From Kineosporia mesophila (GTDB lineage: Bacteria > Actinomycetota > Actinomycetes > Actinomycetales > Kineosporiaceae), in the NCBI RefSeq assembly GCF_021129235.1, contig NZ_JAJOMA010000006.1, forward strand, positions 111,580 to 135,579: a stretch of DNA of 24,000 nt, written 5' to 3'. Below are positions 13,869 through 22,920 of the stretch, one piece after another (position 1 is the first letter of the stretch; each line of letters opens with the position of its first letter). Made by a program: the position numbers and the translations under genes. The notes beneath the pieces were generated by a model. It worked only from the letters and a program-made list of their open reading frames with translations, did no database searches and was not told the DNA's origin.

Positions 13869-13911
13869 TTTGCAAACAGGGGGTTGTGGGTTCGAGCTCC
13901 ATCGTCTCTAC
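13869..13911 (+). repeat. Partial tRNA-Ala copy (anticodon loop to 3' end), direct repeat of 13124-13166
   Basis: TTTGCAAaCAGGGGGTTGTGGGTTCGAGctCCATCGTCTCtAC compared with TTTGCAAgCAGGGGGTTGTGGGTTCGAGtcCCATCGTCTCcAC gives 4 mismatches in 43. There is no upstream acceptor 5' strand or D-arm, so it is not a functional tRNA. Confidence 0.85.
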
Positions 13912-14021
13912 CGATTGGCACCAGGAGCTTCGGGTGTCGTGGACCTGGCACTCGTTCCATTGGGGCGGTGCCGATACGGAGGCTCGCCAAATTCTTACTA
14001 TGGGCTGATAGATATCTACCC

Positions 14022-16226
14022 TCAGTCGGTCTTCAACTGCAACACCGCGAGCGCCCGCCCGGCCACGGTCAAAGATTTCTCGGCGTCCACCACCGGCCCG
14101 GGGTCACCAGTGATCACCGGAACCGCTGTCTGAATGCCCTGCACCGGCACGACCGGCGCCGAGATCGGCAGGCGGCCCGGTTCGGTGCTCAGGACCAGTG
14201 CCCAGCTCGCGCCGAAGGCCGCCGGTGGCATGGAGAAGTCGATGGGCTCGTCGTGGGCGTTGTAGCAAAGCACGAAGGAGTCGTCGACGACTCGCTCGCC
14301 GCGGGTGCTGAGGTCGGTGATGCCCTGGCCGTTCAGGTACACGGAGATGGCTCGGCCGAAGCCGGATCCCCAGTCCTGGTCGGTCATCTCGGAGCCGTCG
14401 GGGCGGAACCAGGCGATGTCGGGCTGGGCCTGCGAGCCCTGGGCCCGTACCGGCAGTCCACTGAAGAAGCGGCGCCGGCGGAACACCGGGTGGTTGCGGC
14501 GCAAGGCCGAGGCGGTGCGGGTGAACTCCAGCAGGTCTTCGTCGACGTCGGACCAGTCCACCCAGCTCAGTGGGCCGTCCTGGCAGTAGGCGTTGTTGTT
14601 GCCGTGCTGGGTGCGGCCCAGTTCGTCGCCGTGCGAGATCATCGGCACGCCCTGCGACAGCAGCATGGTGGTGATGAAGTTGCGCTGCTGGCGGGCGCGG
14701 ATCGCCAGGACGGCGGGGTCGTCGGTCGGGCCTTCGGCCCCGGAGTTCCAGGAGCGGTTGTGGCGCTCTCCGTCGTTGTTGTCCTCGCCGTTCGCCTCGT
14801 TGTGTTTCTCGCTGTACGACACCAGGTCTCGTAGCGTGAAGCCGTCGTGGGCGGTGACGAAGTTGACCGAGGCCACGGGGCGACGGGCCGAGTGCTCGTA
14901 GAGGTCGGCGGAGCCGGTGATGCGGGAGGCGAATTCCCCAAGGGTTGCGGGTTCACTGCGCCAGAAGTCCCGCACGGTGTCGCGGTACTTGCCGTTCCAC
15001 TCGGTCCACTGAGGCGGGAAGTTGCCGACCTGATATCCGCCGGGACCGACGTCCCAAGGTTCCGCAATCAGTTTGACCTGGCTGACCGTGGGGTCTTGCT
15101 GCACGAGTTCGAAGAAGCTCGACAGCCGGTCGACATCGTAGAACTCCCGGGCCAGGGTTGACGCCAGGTCGAAACGGAAGCCGTCGACGTGCATCTCGGT
15201 GACCCAGTAGCGCAACGAGTCCATCAGCAACTGCAAGGCGTGGGGGTGCCGCACGTTGAGGGTGTTGCCGGTGCCGGTGTAGTCCATGTAGTAGCGCCGG
15301 TCGTCCTCGACCGTGCGGTAGTAGGCCCGGTTGTCGATGCCCCGCAGCGACAGTGTGGGCCCGAGGTGGTTGCCCTCGGCGGTGTGGTTGTAGACCACAT
15401 CGAGAATGACCTCGATGCCGGCCTCGTGCAGGGCCCGCACCATCGCCTTGAACTCCTGCACCTGACCACCCGGCGAAAGGGTGGACGCGTATTTCGGGTC
15501 GGGTGCGAAGAACCCGATGGTGTTGTAGCCCCAGTAGTTCGACAGACCCTTGCTGATCAGCGTCGAGTCGTTGGCGAAGTGGTGCACCGGCATGAGCTCC
15601 AGCGCGGTGACACCGAGCGAGGTCAGGTGCTCCACGATCGCGGGGTGCGCGATGCCGGAGTAGGTACCGCGCATGGCATCGGGCACGTCCGGGTGGGTCT
15701 GCGTCAGCCCTTTCACGTGGGCCTCGTAGACAACGGTGTCGGCGTACTCACGACTCGGTGGCCGGTCTGTGCCCCAGTCGAAGTACGGGTTGATCACCAC
15801 GCACTTGGGCATGTGCCCGGCCGAGTCCGCGTCGTTCCGGATGTCGGGGTCTCCGAAGGGGTAGCCGAACACCGACTCGTCCCAGTCGAAGACTCCCTCG
15901 ATCGCCTTGGCGTAGGGATCGAGCAGCAGCTTGTTCGGGTTGCAGCGGTGCCCCTGGGCCGGGTCCCACGGCCCGTACACGCGATATCCGTAGCGCTGAC
16001 CAGGCTGAATGCCGGGGAGGAAGACGTGCCAGATGAAGGCGTCGACCTCGGGCAGTTCCACCCTGCTCTCGTTGCCCTGCCCGTCGAACAGGCAGAGCTC
16101 GACCTTCTCGGCCACCTCGCTGAAGATCGCGAAGTTGGTGCCGTAGCCGTCGTAGCTGGCTCCGAGCGGATAGGCCTTACCCGGCCAGACGCCGAGACCG
16201 GTGGGGCTGATGGCCGGATCCGTCAC
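14022..16226 (-). CDS. glgX: Glycogen debranching enzyme GlgX (GH13)
   Basis: Homology begins at VTDPAISPTGLGVWPGKAYPLGASYDGYGTNFAIFSEVAEKVELCLFD (GTG 16226, preceded by TGGGAG). GH13 motifs are VILDVVYNHT, GFRFDLA, EPWD and FVTAHDGFTLRDL. The rest of the 1030-aa track ORF is a spurious extension. Confidence 0.9.
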   Translation of the reverse strand: MTDPAISPTGLGVWPGKAYPLGASYDGYGTNFAIFSEVAEKVELCLFDGQGNESRVELPEVDAFIWHVFLPGIQPGQRYGYRVYGPWDPAQGHRCNPNKLLLDPYAKAIEGVFDWDESVFGYPFGDPDIRNDADSAGHMPKCVVINPYFDWGTDRPPSREYADTVVYEAHVKGLTQTHPDVPDAMRGTYSGIAHPAIVEHLTSLGVTALELMPVHHFANDSTLISKGLSNYWGYNTIGFFAPDPKYASTLSPGGQVQEFKAMVRALHEAGIEVILDVVYNHTAEGNHLGPTLSLRGIDNRAYYRTVEDDRRYYMDYTGTGNTLNVRHPHALQLLMDSLRYWVTEMHVDGFRFDLASTLAREFYDVDRLSSFFELVQQDPTVSQVKLIAEPWDVGPGGYQVGNFPPQWTEWNGKYRDTVRDFWRSEPATLGEFASRITGSADLYEHSARRPVASVNFVTAHDGFTLRDLVSYSEKHNEANGEDNNDGERHNRSWNSGAEGPTDDPAVLAIRARQQRNFITTMLLSQGVPMISHGDELGRTQHGNNNAYCQDGPLSWVDWSDVDEDLLEFTRTASALRRNHPVFRRRRFFSGLPVRAQGSQAQPDIAWFRPDGSEMTDQDWGSGFGRAISVYLNGQGITDLSTRGERVVDDSFVLCYNAHDEPIDFSMPPAAFGASWALVLSTEPGRLPISAPVVPVQGIQTAVPVITGDPGPVVDAEKSLTVAGRALAVLQLKTD

Positions 16227-16373
16227 TGTGGGCTCCCAGAGGTGTCCAAAGATCGATGCGGGTCTCAGCCGACAGAAGCTGAACCATGATCTTTGCCCGG
16301 AATGTACTCTTCCGCACGTTGAGCAACTGATGGCCGAGGTGCTCCTCGTCCACAAACACGAGACCATCACCGG

Positions 16374-17426
16374 GTGCTTCTGGACGTCCGCACCATCTAC
16401 GCCGAACCGGCCGCCCTCGAACTGGAGCGGGGCCGGGAGATCGTGGCGCGCTGGCCGCAGGCCCAGGTCGTGGAGGTCGCGTCGGCGAACCGGATCGACG
16501 CCGTGCACAACGACGAGCAGAACGTGCAGCGCTGGGTGCGGGTGAAGACCGAGGTGCTGGCCCTGGGCGTGCGCAAGACGATGACGGCGCGGGTGAACGG
16601 GCGGTCGGCGGACTGGATCGCCCCGAGCGCCTCCAACGGTTGTGCCATGGCCTGCGCGTATTGCTACGTGCCACGCCACAAGGGGTATGCGAACCCGATC
16701 ACGGTCTACGCCAACATCGAGCAGATGATCGGCTACCTGGGCCGGCACATCGTCCGCCAAGGTCCGAAAACCGAGCCGAATCAGTGTGATCCGCAGGCCT
16801 GGGTGTACGACCTGGGGGAGAACAGTGACGCGTCGGTAGACGCGATGGTGAGTGACAACGTCCTCGATCTGGTCGCTGCTTTCCGGGACTGGCCGACGGC
16901 CAAGGCCTCGTTCGCCACCAAGCAGGTGAACCGTGACCTCCTGGACTACGACCCGCAGGGGCGCACCCGCGTCCGTTTTTCCGTGATGCCCGAACGCACC
17001 GCGAAACTGCTCGACATCCGCACCTCTCCGGTGAGCGAGCGGATCGCCGCGGTGAACGACTTTCTCGAGGCCGGCTACGAGGTGCACCTGAATCTCTCGC
17101 CGGTGGTGGTGCACGAGGAGTGGCTGGCCGACTGGGCCGAACTGCTGGCGCAGCTGAACGACTCGCTGTCACCCGCGGCGAAGGCTCAGGCCCAGGCCGA
17201 GGTCATTTTCCTGACACACAACCAGGGCCTGCACGACGTGAATCTGGGCTGGCACCCCCAGGCCGAGAACCTGTTGTGGCGACCGGACATTCAGGAGTTC
17301 AAGACCTCGCAGAACGGCATGCGCAACGTACGGTACCGGGCGGCCTGGAAGTCGGTGTGGAAGCAGCGTCTGCTGGAGCTGATCACCGAGCAGACGCCCT
17401 GGCTGAAGATTCGATACGCTTTCTGA
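16374..17426 (+). CDS. Spore-photoproduct-lyase-family radical SAM protein
   Basis: GTG start at 16374. The radical SAM cluster motif is CAMACAYCYV (CxxxCxxC). The overall layout, IYAEPAALELERGREIV...RFSVMPE, fits SPL-family proteins. Confidence 0.75.
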   Translation: MLLDVRTIYAEPAALELERGREIVARWPQAQVVEVASANRIDAVHNDEQNVQRWVRVKTEVLALGVRKTMTARVNGRSADWIAPSASNGCAMACAYCYVPRHKGYANPITVYANIEQMIGYLGRHIVRQGPKTEPNQCDPQAWVYDLGENSDASVDAMVSDNVLDLVAAFRDWPTAKASFATKQVNRDLLDYDPQGRTRVRFSVMPERTAKLLDIRTSPVSERIAAVNDFLEAGYEVHLNLSPVVVHEEWLADWAELLAQLNDSLSPAAKAQAQAEVIFLTHNQGLHDVNLGWHPQAENLLWRPDIQEFKTSQNGMRNVRYRAAWKSVWKQRLLELITEQTPWLKIRYAF

Positions 17427-17503
17427 AATGACGGCTTTGGTGGTATTCGCCGACGAGCTGCGGTTCATACTGCCGATCCGACAGATTCTCGAAGAGGCCT
17501 TCC

Positions 17504-19165
17504 CTAAGCCGGGTGCGAGATTCTGAGGGTGTAGGTGCCCTTGCCCTTCACCCGCCCGACGGTCCACCGGTACTTGCCGGGAGCGCCGGTGTAACTGACA
17601 CTTTCGGTCGAGGCCGACCGACTGCCGACTGCGACCGACACCCAGCTGCGCCCGTTCCACTTCGACAGCGTGAGGTTGAAGTTGGTGCCCTTCGGGCCGG
17701 TCAGGCAGCCGCGGTGCAGCCCTGAGGCCTCACTCGTATAAGTGGACGCGGTGATCGCCTTCGTCCTCAGCGTCACCTTGCCCGTCAGGGTGGTCGTGCA
17801 GGTGGGCGCGGGGGTTGTGGGTGTTGGGGTGGGCGTGGGTGCGCTGGTGGGTGTTGTAACTGGGGACGAAGTGGGCACCGCGGTAGTCGGGGTGGCGGTC
17901 GGCGTGGTGGTCACCGGGGTCGGGGTGGGCGTGCTCGTGGCGGATCCCACGTACAGCAGCAGGTTCGGGGTTCCGCTGGGCACCGATGACAGAGCGCCGC
18001 TGGTGGCGTTCCCGGTCAGGGCCGAGGCCACTGAGGCCGGGGTCGCACCGGGATTGGCCTGTAGGTAGAGCGCTGCGGCCCCGGCGACGTGGGGGGAGGC
18101 CATCGAGGTGCCGCTCATCGTGGCCGCGGCCGTGTCGGAGGTGTAGTAGTCCGAGATGATGGCGTCGCCGGGCGCGTACAGGTCCACGCAGGTGCCGTAG
18201 TTGCTGAAGCTCGCGTTCGCATCGGTCTTGGTCGAGGCCGCGACGGTGAGGGCGTCCGCTACGTCGGCGGGGGAGCTGCCGCAGGCGTCCTCGGCGTCGT
18301 TCCCGGCGGCCACCGCATAGGTGACGCCCGATGCGATCGACGCATTGACCGCGCTGTCCAGGGCGGAGTTGCTCGAGCCCCCCAAGCTCATGTTCGCCAC
18401 GGCCGGTTCGATCCGGTTGGCCGTGACCCAGTTGATGCCCGCGATGACGTCGGACGACGTACCCGAGTCCTGGCAGGGCAGGACCCGCACCGGAACGATG
18501 TTCACGGCCGGCGCGACACCGTACTTCGTGCCACCGATCGTGCCGGCCACGTGAGTGCCGTGCCCCTGGCAGTCCTCGGTGCCGTGCCCGTCGGAGATGG
18601 CGGTGTAGCCGGACAGCACCCGCCCGGCCAGGTCGGTGTGGGTGGACCGCACGCCGGTATCGATGACGTACACCGTGACTCCGCTGCCGTTGCCGGCGGT
18701 CGTGAGCTTGTTGTCGAGCCCGGAGCGCGCGTCGATGCGGTCCTGCCCCCACGACGTGACCGTGCGCGAGCCATCGATGCTGACGGCCTGGTCGGCGGTG
18801 ATGTAGGCGATCGCCGGGTCCAGCTGGGCCTTCGCGAGCTCGGCCGCGCTCATCTGCGCGGCATACCCATTCAGCGCGTCGCCGTACTCCTGGGTGACCT
18901 CGGCGCCGCGATCCTCCGCGCGGTCCACAGCCGCGTCCAGCACGGCGCCGTCCTCACCGGCCGGAGGTGCCTTGAGCACGACGATGTACTGCCCCGGGAT
19001 GGCATCGGGCTCGGACGTGCCCAGCACCTGGGCGCGATAGACGCTGCCGATCGAGGCGTCGCTCTGCTCGGCGCTACCGGGCAGAGCGGTGAGCACCGCT
19101 GCCCCCGCCACGGCCGCGATGATGAGCTTGGTGGGCAGATCGAGTTTGATATGGCGTTCGCCCAC
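17504..19165 (-). CDS. Secreted subtilisin-like S8 serine peptidase with propeptide, Thr/Pro linker and C-terminal beta-rich domain
   Basis: GTG start at 19165. The signal peptide is KLIIAAVAGAAVLTALPGSA and the I9-like propeptide includes QYIVVLK. The catalytic triad contexts are VYVIDTGV, HGTHVAGTIGG and GTSMASPHVAG. The TP-rich linker is encoded at about 17790-17940. Confidence 0.9.
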   Translation of the reverse strand: MGERHIKLDLPTKLIIAAVAGAAVLTALPGSAEQSDASIGSVYRAQVLGTSEPDAIPGQYIVVLKAPPAGEDGAVLDAAVDRAEDRGAEVTQEYGDALNGYAAQMSAAELAKAQLDPAIAYITADQAVSIDGSRTVTSWGQDRIDARSGLDNKLTTAGNGSGVTVYVIDTGVRSTHTDLAGRVLSGYTAISDGHGTEDCQGHGTHVAGTIGGTKYGVAPAVNIVPVRVLPCQDSGTSSDVIAGINWVTANRIEPAVANMSLGGSSNSALDSAVNASIASGVTYAVAAGNDAEDACGSSPADVADALTVAASTKTDANASFSNYGTCVDLYAPGDAIISDYYTSDTAAATMSGTSMASPHVAGAAALYLQANPGATPASVASALTGNATSGALSSVPSGTPNLLLYVGSATSTPTPTPVTTTPTATPTTAVPTSSPVTTPTSAPTPTPTPTTPAPTCTTTLTGKVTLRTKAITASTYTSEASGLHRGCLTGPKGTNFNLTLSKWNGRSWVSVAVGSRSASTESVSYTGAPGKYRWTVGRVKGKGTYTLRISHPA

Positions 19166-19294
19166 GTTTGAACCCCGTCCTGGAGACGTACCGTCTCTTG
19201 AGATGACGGAGCGCGCTGCATGGGTATGAGGGGCCGTTCGGGTTTCTGACGCGCCCCTGCATTTGTCCCACCCGGTGCGCCCTTGTAGGACAGG

Positions 19295-20506
19295 GTGATG
19301 GCTTCACAGAACTTGCAAGACCTGGCCGGACGCTGGCTGAGGGGGATCGACGCGTCGCTACCGGCGGCGATCGAGCTGAGGCACGAGCTGCACGCCGCGC
19401 CAGACCTGTCCGGGAAGGAAGACCCCACCTCGCGGCGGGTGCTGAACGCGCTGGGTGATCATGATTTCGAGGTCGAGACGGTCGCGGGCACCGGACGCCT
19501 GCTACGCCTCGGCCCGGCCGGTGAGTCGATCGGGCTGAGGGCCGAGCTCGACGCACTGCCGCTGACGGAGATGACCGGTTCATCCTTCGCCTCGACCGCG
19601 TCGAACCCGCCGGCGATGCACGCATGCGGCCACGACGTCCACCTCGCAGGCCTTTTCGCGGTCCTTCAGGCTGCTCGCGAAGTGGATCTGCCGCTGGGGT
19701 TGGTGGGCCTGCTGCAACCCCGTGAGGAGGTCGGCCCCACCGGCGCCGCCGACGTGGTGGCCGGCAACCACCTGATCGACCACCAGGTGCGAGCGCTCAT
19801 CGCCGCGCACGTCCAGCCGCAGGTGCCCGCCGGTCACGTGTCGTCCGACGGGGGACCGGTGAACGCGGCCGTGGACGAGATCGAGATCGTGGTCTCCGGC
19901 CGTGGAGGTCACGGCGCCTACCCGCACCTGGCCGTCGACCCCGTACCCGCCCTCTGCCGGATCATCCTGGCCCTGCAGGAGACCGCCCGCTCCACGGTGA
20001 ACCCGCTGCACGCGGCAGTCGTCTCGATCACCCAGATGCAGGGAGCGGCCGCCCCGAACGTGATCCCGGGAACGGCCATGGCGGCGGGCACGATCCGGGT
20101 GATGGACGAGACCGACCGCGCCCTGCTGCACGAGCGCCTGGCCCGGACCGTCACGAGCATCGCCGAGGCCCACGGCTGCACGGGCAAGTACGAGATTCGC
20201 CGGGGCGAGCCGGCGCTGGTCAACGACCAGGTGCTGGCCGGCCTCACCCGCACCTGGCTGAGCGATTTCGGAGTCCCCACCAGCCCGTTCGCATCCTGCG
20301 GCTCCGACGACTTCGCCACCTACGGCTCCCAGCTGCCGATCCTCATGCAGTTCGTCGGAACCGGCTACCCCACCGAGCATTCGGCCGCCGGACCGATGCT
20401 GCACGACCCGTCGTTCCTGCCCGGTGACCACGTCGTGCGGGAGGTCGCGGTGGCCATGCTGTCCGGGTGGCTGGGGGCTGCGTCGATCACGCCACCGAGT
20501 ACCTGA
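19295..20506 (+). CDS. M20-family amidohydrolase (N-acyl-amino-acid amidohydrolase / hippurate hydrolase-like)
   Basis: GTG 19295 or ATG 19298. Motifs are ELRHELHAAPDLSGKE, MHACGHDVHLAG and the dimerisation-domain stretch VVSGRGGHGAYPH. Confidence 0.85.
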   Translation: MMASQNLQDLAGRWLRGIDASLPAAIELRHELHAAPDLSGKEDPTSRRVLNALGDHDFEVETVAGTGRLLRLGPAGESIGLRAELDALPLTEMTGSSFASTASNPPAMHACGHDVHLAGLFAVLQAAREVDLPLGLVGLLQPREEVGPTGAADVVAGNHLIDHQVRALIAAHVQPQVPAGHVSSDGGPVNAAVDEIEIVVSGRGGHGAYPHLAVDPVPALCRIILALQETARSTVNPLHAAVVSITQMQGAAAPNVIPGTAMAAGTIRVMDETDRALLHERLARTVTSIAEAHGCTGKYEIRRGEPALVNDQVLAGLTRTWLSDFGVPTSPFASCGSDDFATYGSQLPILMQFVGTGYPTEHSAAGPMLHDPSFLPGDHVVREVAVAMLSGWLGAASITPPST

Positions 20507-20711
20507 GCAACACCAGTCCGCCGGGAGTGCTGCGGCCGTCTTGCCGGCTGAGGCGGCGCAGCGTGACCGGTCGGTCCACCATGAAGAAGGCCGAGCTGGT
20601 GTCGGAGACCAGCTCGGTGCCGCCGTCCTGAACCCTCACGTACTCGTGGTCGACGTCGGCCTGGAGGGTGACCGACCCGTCGTCGTTGCGGATGATCGCG
20701 AATTTCTCCCA
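20487..20711 (-). pseudogene. Start-less 74-codon fragment resembling a beta-trefoil (fascin/ricin-like) repeat
   Basis: Minus-strand frame WEKFAIIRNDDGSVTLQADVDHEYVRVQDGGTELVSDTSSAFFMV... A TAG stop lies three codons upstream of the W (intervening QCL), and there is no ATG/GTG/TTG start before codon 24. It overlaps the M20 3' end by 20 nt. Confidence 0.3.
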
Positions 20712-20770
20712 GAGGCATTGCTAAGACTGGGTTTTCGTTGCCCGGAACGTATTGATCGATCAAACGGTTC

Positions 20771-20806
20771 AGTGGTGCCCACCACAGTCTTCCGGCGGGC
20801 ACCACT
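20771..20806. terminator. 10-bp perfect stem (AGTGGTGCCC/GGGCACCACT) with a 16-nt loop, downstream of the aldo-keto reductase gene
   Basis: The arms at 20771-20780 and 20797-20806 were read directly. The hairpin lies about 70 nt past the reductase stop on the minus strand. T-runs are weak on both sides. Confidence 0.3.
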
Positions 20807-20875
20807 GCGTTTCAATGAGGGACGATCCGACTGGCGAACGCCGTCGGGTCACCTACGGGTCGGGTTGTCGATGCC

Positions 20876-21877
20876 TCAATTGCCGACGCCGAGGTCTTTC
20901 ATGAAGGAGGACGGGTAGCGGTCGCCTCGGGCCGAGCCCACCGGAACCGCGGTCTCGATCGCGGCCAGGTCGTCGGCGGTCAGCTCCAGATCGGCCGCGG
21001 ACAGGGCCTCGGCCAGACGGGTGCGGGTGCGGGCCCCGATCACCGGCACGATCGAGGGGTCCTGGGCCGCGACCCAGGCAATGGCCAGCTGGGCGACGGT
21101 GCAGCCCTTGGCCTCGGCGACCTTGCGCAGCGCCTCGACCAGGGCCAGGTTGTGTTCCACGTTCCCGGCGGCGAAGCGCGGGCTCATCGCGCGGTGATCG
21201 CCCTGGCCCGGCCGGGTGGAACGATCGGCCGTCCAGTGCCCGGAGATCAGGCCCCGGCTGAGCACGCCGTACGCGGTCATCCCGATGCCGAGCTCTCTCA
21301 GCGTGGGCAGCACCTCGGCCTCCACCGCGCGGGAGATCAGCGAGTACTCGATCTGCAGGTCGGTGATCGGGTACACGGCGTGGGCGCGGCGAATGGTCTC
21401 GGCGTTCATCTCCGACAGGCCGACGTACCGCACGTAGCCGGCCTCGACGAGTTCCTTGATCGCGCCGACCGTCTCCTCGATCGGCACGGCGGGGTCGAGC
21501 CGGGCCGGGCGGTAGATGTCGATGTAGTCGGTGCCCAGACGGGTCAGGGAGTAGGTGACCGAGTTCTTGATCGTCTCGGGGCGGCCGTCCTGACCGGCGG
21601 GAAGTCCACCGATCCCGACGACCATCCCGGTCTTGACGCTCAGCCGGTAGCTCTCCCGTGGGCGGTCCCGCAGCGCCTCGGCCAGCAGCAGCTCGTTGTG
21701 ACCGGTGGCGTAGAAGTCGGCGGTGTCGATCAGGGTCACGCCGGCGTCGAGGGCCGCGTGCACCGTGGCGATGCTCTCGTCGCGGTCGGCGTCACCGTAG
21801 GCGCCGGACATGCTCATCCCACCCAGGCCGATCGCCGAGACCGCCGGGCCGTTCTTGCCGAGGGTGCGTGTCCGCAT
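20876..21877 (-). CDS. Aldo/keto reductase family oxidoreductase
   Basis: ATG start at 21877. Sequence reads MRTRTLGKNGPAVSAIGLGGMSMSGAYG...LIDTADFYATGHNELLLAEAL...YVGLSE. Confidence 0.9.
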   Translation of the reverse strand: MRTRTLGKNGPAVSAIGLGGMSMSGAYGDADRDESIATVHAALDAGVTLIDTADFYATGHNELLLAEALRDRPRESYRLSVKTGMVVGIGGLPAGQDGRPETIKNSVTYSLTRLGTDYIDIYRPARLDPAVPIEETVGAIKELVEAGYVRYVGLSEMNAETIRRAHAVYPITDLQIEYSLISRAVEAEVLPTLRELGIGMTAYGVLSRGLISGHWTADRSTRPGQGDHRAMSPRFAAGNVEHNLALVEALRKVAEAKGCTVAQLAIAWVAAQDPSIVPVIGARTRTRLAEALSAADLELTADDLAAIETAVPVGSARGDRYPSSFMKDLGVGN

Positions 21878-22012
21878 GGCTTGCTCCTTCGTCCATTGCT
21901 CGTGCTTCTGTTCTTCGAGACTGGGACGGCGGACGCGGTGGCGGGAGAGGAGGCTTCATCGTGGGAGAGCCGCTCCCTGGCTCCGGCGCCCTTCCGGACG
22001 CAGGATGAAGAC

Positions 22013-22861
22013 ATGCAGAGGGACGAGCTGGCCGACTTCCTGCGTCGCCGACGCGAGGCGATCCGCCCTGGTGAGGTGGGTATTGCCGACGGCCCGCGGC
22101 GTCGCACCGCCGGCCTGCGACGGGAGGAGGTCGCCATGCTCGCCGGTATGTCGGTCGACTACGTGGTGCGCCTGGAGCAGGGCCGCAGCAGTCAGCCGTC
22201 GATCCAGTTGCTCGGTGCTCTGGCCCGGGCCCTGCGCCTGACCGACGACGAGCGTGACTACCTGTTCCACCTGGCCGGGCACCAGCCGCCGACCTCGGAG
22301 GGCGCGTCCCAGCTGGCCCGCGCCGGGCTGGTGCGCATGCTCGACCTGCTGGAGGGCGCCTCCGCGATGGTGATCTCGGACCTGGGACAGGTGCTCGCCC
22401 AGAACCGGATGTCCATGCTGCTCGCGGGCAATCTGATGAATGAGACCGGTGACCACCGCTACCTCATCTACCGGTGGTTCACCGACCCTCTCGCCTGGGG
22501 CGTCCAGCCGCCGGAGGATCGTGAGCACCAGGCCCGTCAGCTGGTCGCCGATCTGCGCGCCGTGTTCGGCCGGCGCGCCGGGGACCCGGAAGTGGTCCGC
22601 CTGGTCGAGCGGCTTCAGGCCTCCAGCAAGGAATTTGGCCGGTACTGGGCCGAGCACGAGGTGAAGGTGCGCCGGGCCGACCGCAAGACGCTGATGCATC
22701 CGCAGGTCGGACCCTTGCTCATGGATTGCGAGACGCTGATGACCCCCGACCTTCGGCAGCACCTGGTGGTGCTCACAGCGGCCGATGCCGAGACCCGCGA
22801 GCGCCTGGATCTGGTGCGGGTGCTGGGCCTGCAGGAGTTCCCAGCCGCGCCGTTGGGCTGA
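22013..22861 (+). CDS. MmyB-like XRE-family HTH transcriptional regulator
   Basis: ATG 22013 is preceded by AGGA. LADFLRRRREAIRPGEVGI..RRRTAGLRREEVAMLAGMSVDYVVRLEQGRSSQPS..LARALRLTDDERDYLFHLAG is the typical MmyB N-terminus. The track ORF start at 21152 is an antisense extension through the reductase gene. Confidence 0.85.
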   Translation: MQRDELADFLRRRREAIRPGEVGIADGPRRRTAGLRREEVAMLAGMSVDYVVRLEQGRSSQPSIQLLGALARALRLTDDERDYLFHLAGHQPPTSEGASQLARAGLVRMLDLLEGASAMVISDLGQVLAQNRMSMLLAGNLMNETGDHRYLIYRWFTDPLAWGVQPPEDREHQARQLVADLRAVFGRRAGDPEVVRLVERLQASSKEFGRYWAEHEVKVRRADRKTLMHPQVGPLLMDCETLMTPDLRQHLVVLTAADAETRERLDLVRVLGLQEFPAAPLG

Positions 22862-22920
22862 ACGGGTGCCCACAGAGCAAACATCCTACATTTGGACGTT
22901 TGTGTGTTAGCGTCGCCGGC

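Larger units (their letters stand above)
13166..13910 (+). mobile_element. Putative remnant of a tRNA-integrated element (about 0.7 kb, carries only hicBA), bounded by the tRNA-Ala 3' half and its direct copy
   Basis: A 43-nt direct repeat of the tRNA 3' half lies at 13869-13911 (39 of 43 identical to 13124-13166). There is no integrase, so this is a scar or minimal cassette at best. Confidence 0.35.

Noticed and set aside
13838-13911. Possible second complete tRNA gene
   Set aside because: Only the anticodon-loop-to-3'-end portion is present. The upstream sequence cannot pair with CGTCTCT and has no D-arm, so I called it a partial copy or att-like repeat instead.
16227-17114. N-terminal 296-codon extension of the glgX ORF (track ORF 14022..17114)
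   Set aside because: GlgX homology begins at VTDPAIS...VWPGKAYPLGA (GTG 16226, with a ribosome-binding site). The extension is H/R/V/G-rich and overlaps the radical SAM gene on the opposite strand.
17742-17940. Repetitive GGGGTGGGCGTGGG / GGTGTTGGGGT-type DNA that could look like a tandem repeat array
   Set aside because: It is the reverse complement of the Thr/Pro-rich linker (TPTPTP...) of the S8 protease. This is coding low-complexity sequence, not a CRISPR array or a non-coding repeat.
19181-19195. Small hairpin GAGACG-tac-CGTCTC in the S8 protease / M20 divergent region
   Set aside because: A 6-bp stem with a 3-nt loop and no supporting context. This is likely incidental.
21152-22012. 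5' extension of the MmyB-like regulator ORF (track ORF 21152..22861)
   Set aside because: It is antisense to the aldo-keto reductase. The regulator family starts at MQRDELADFL (ATG 22013, with a ribosome-binding site).
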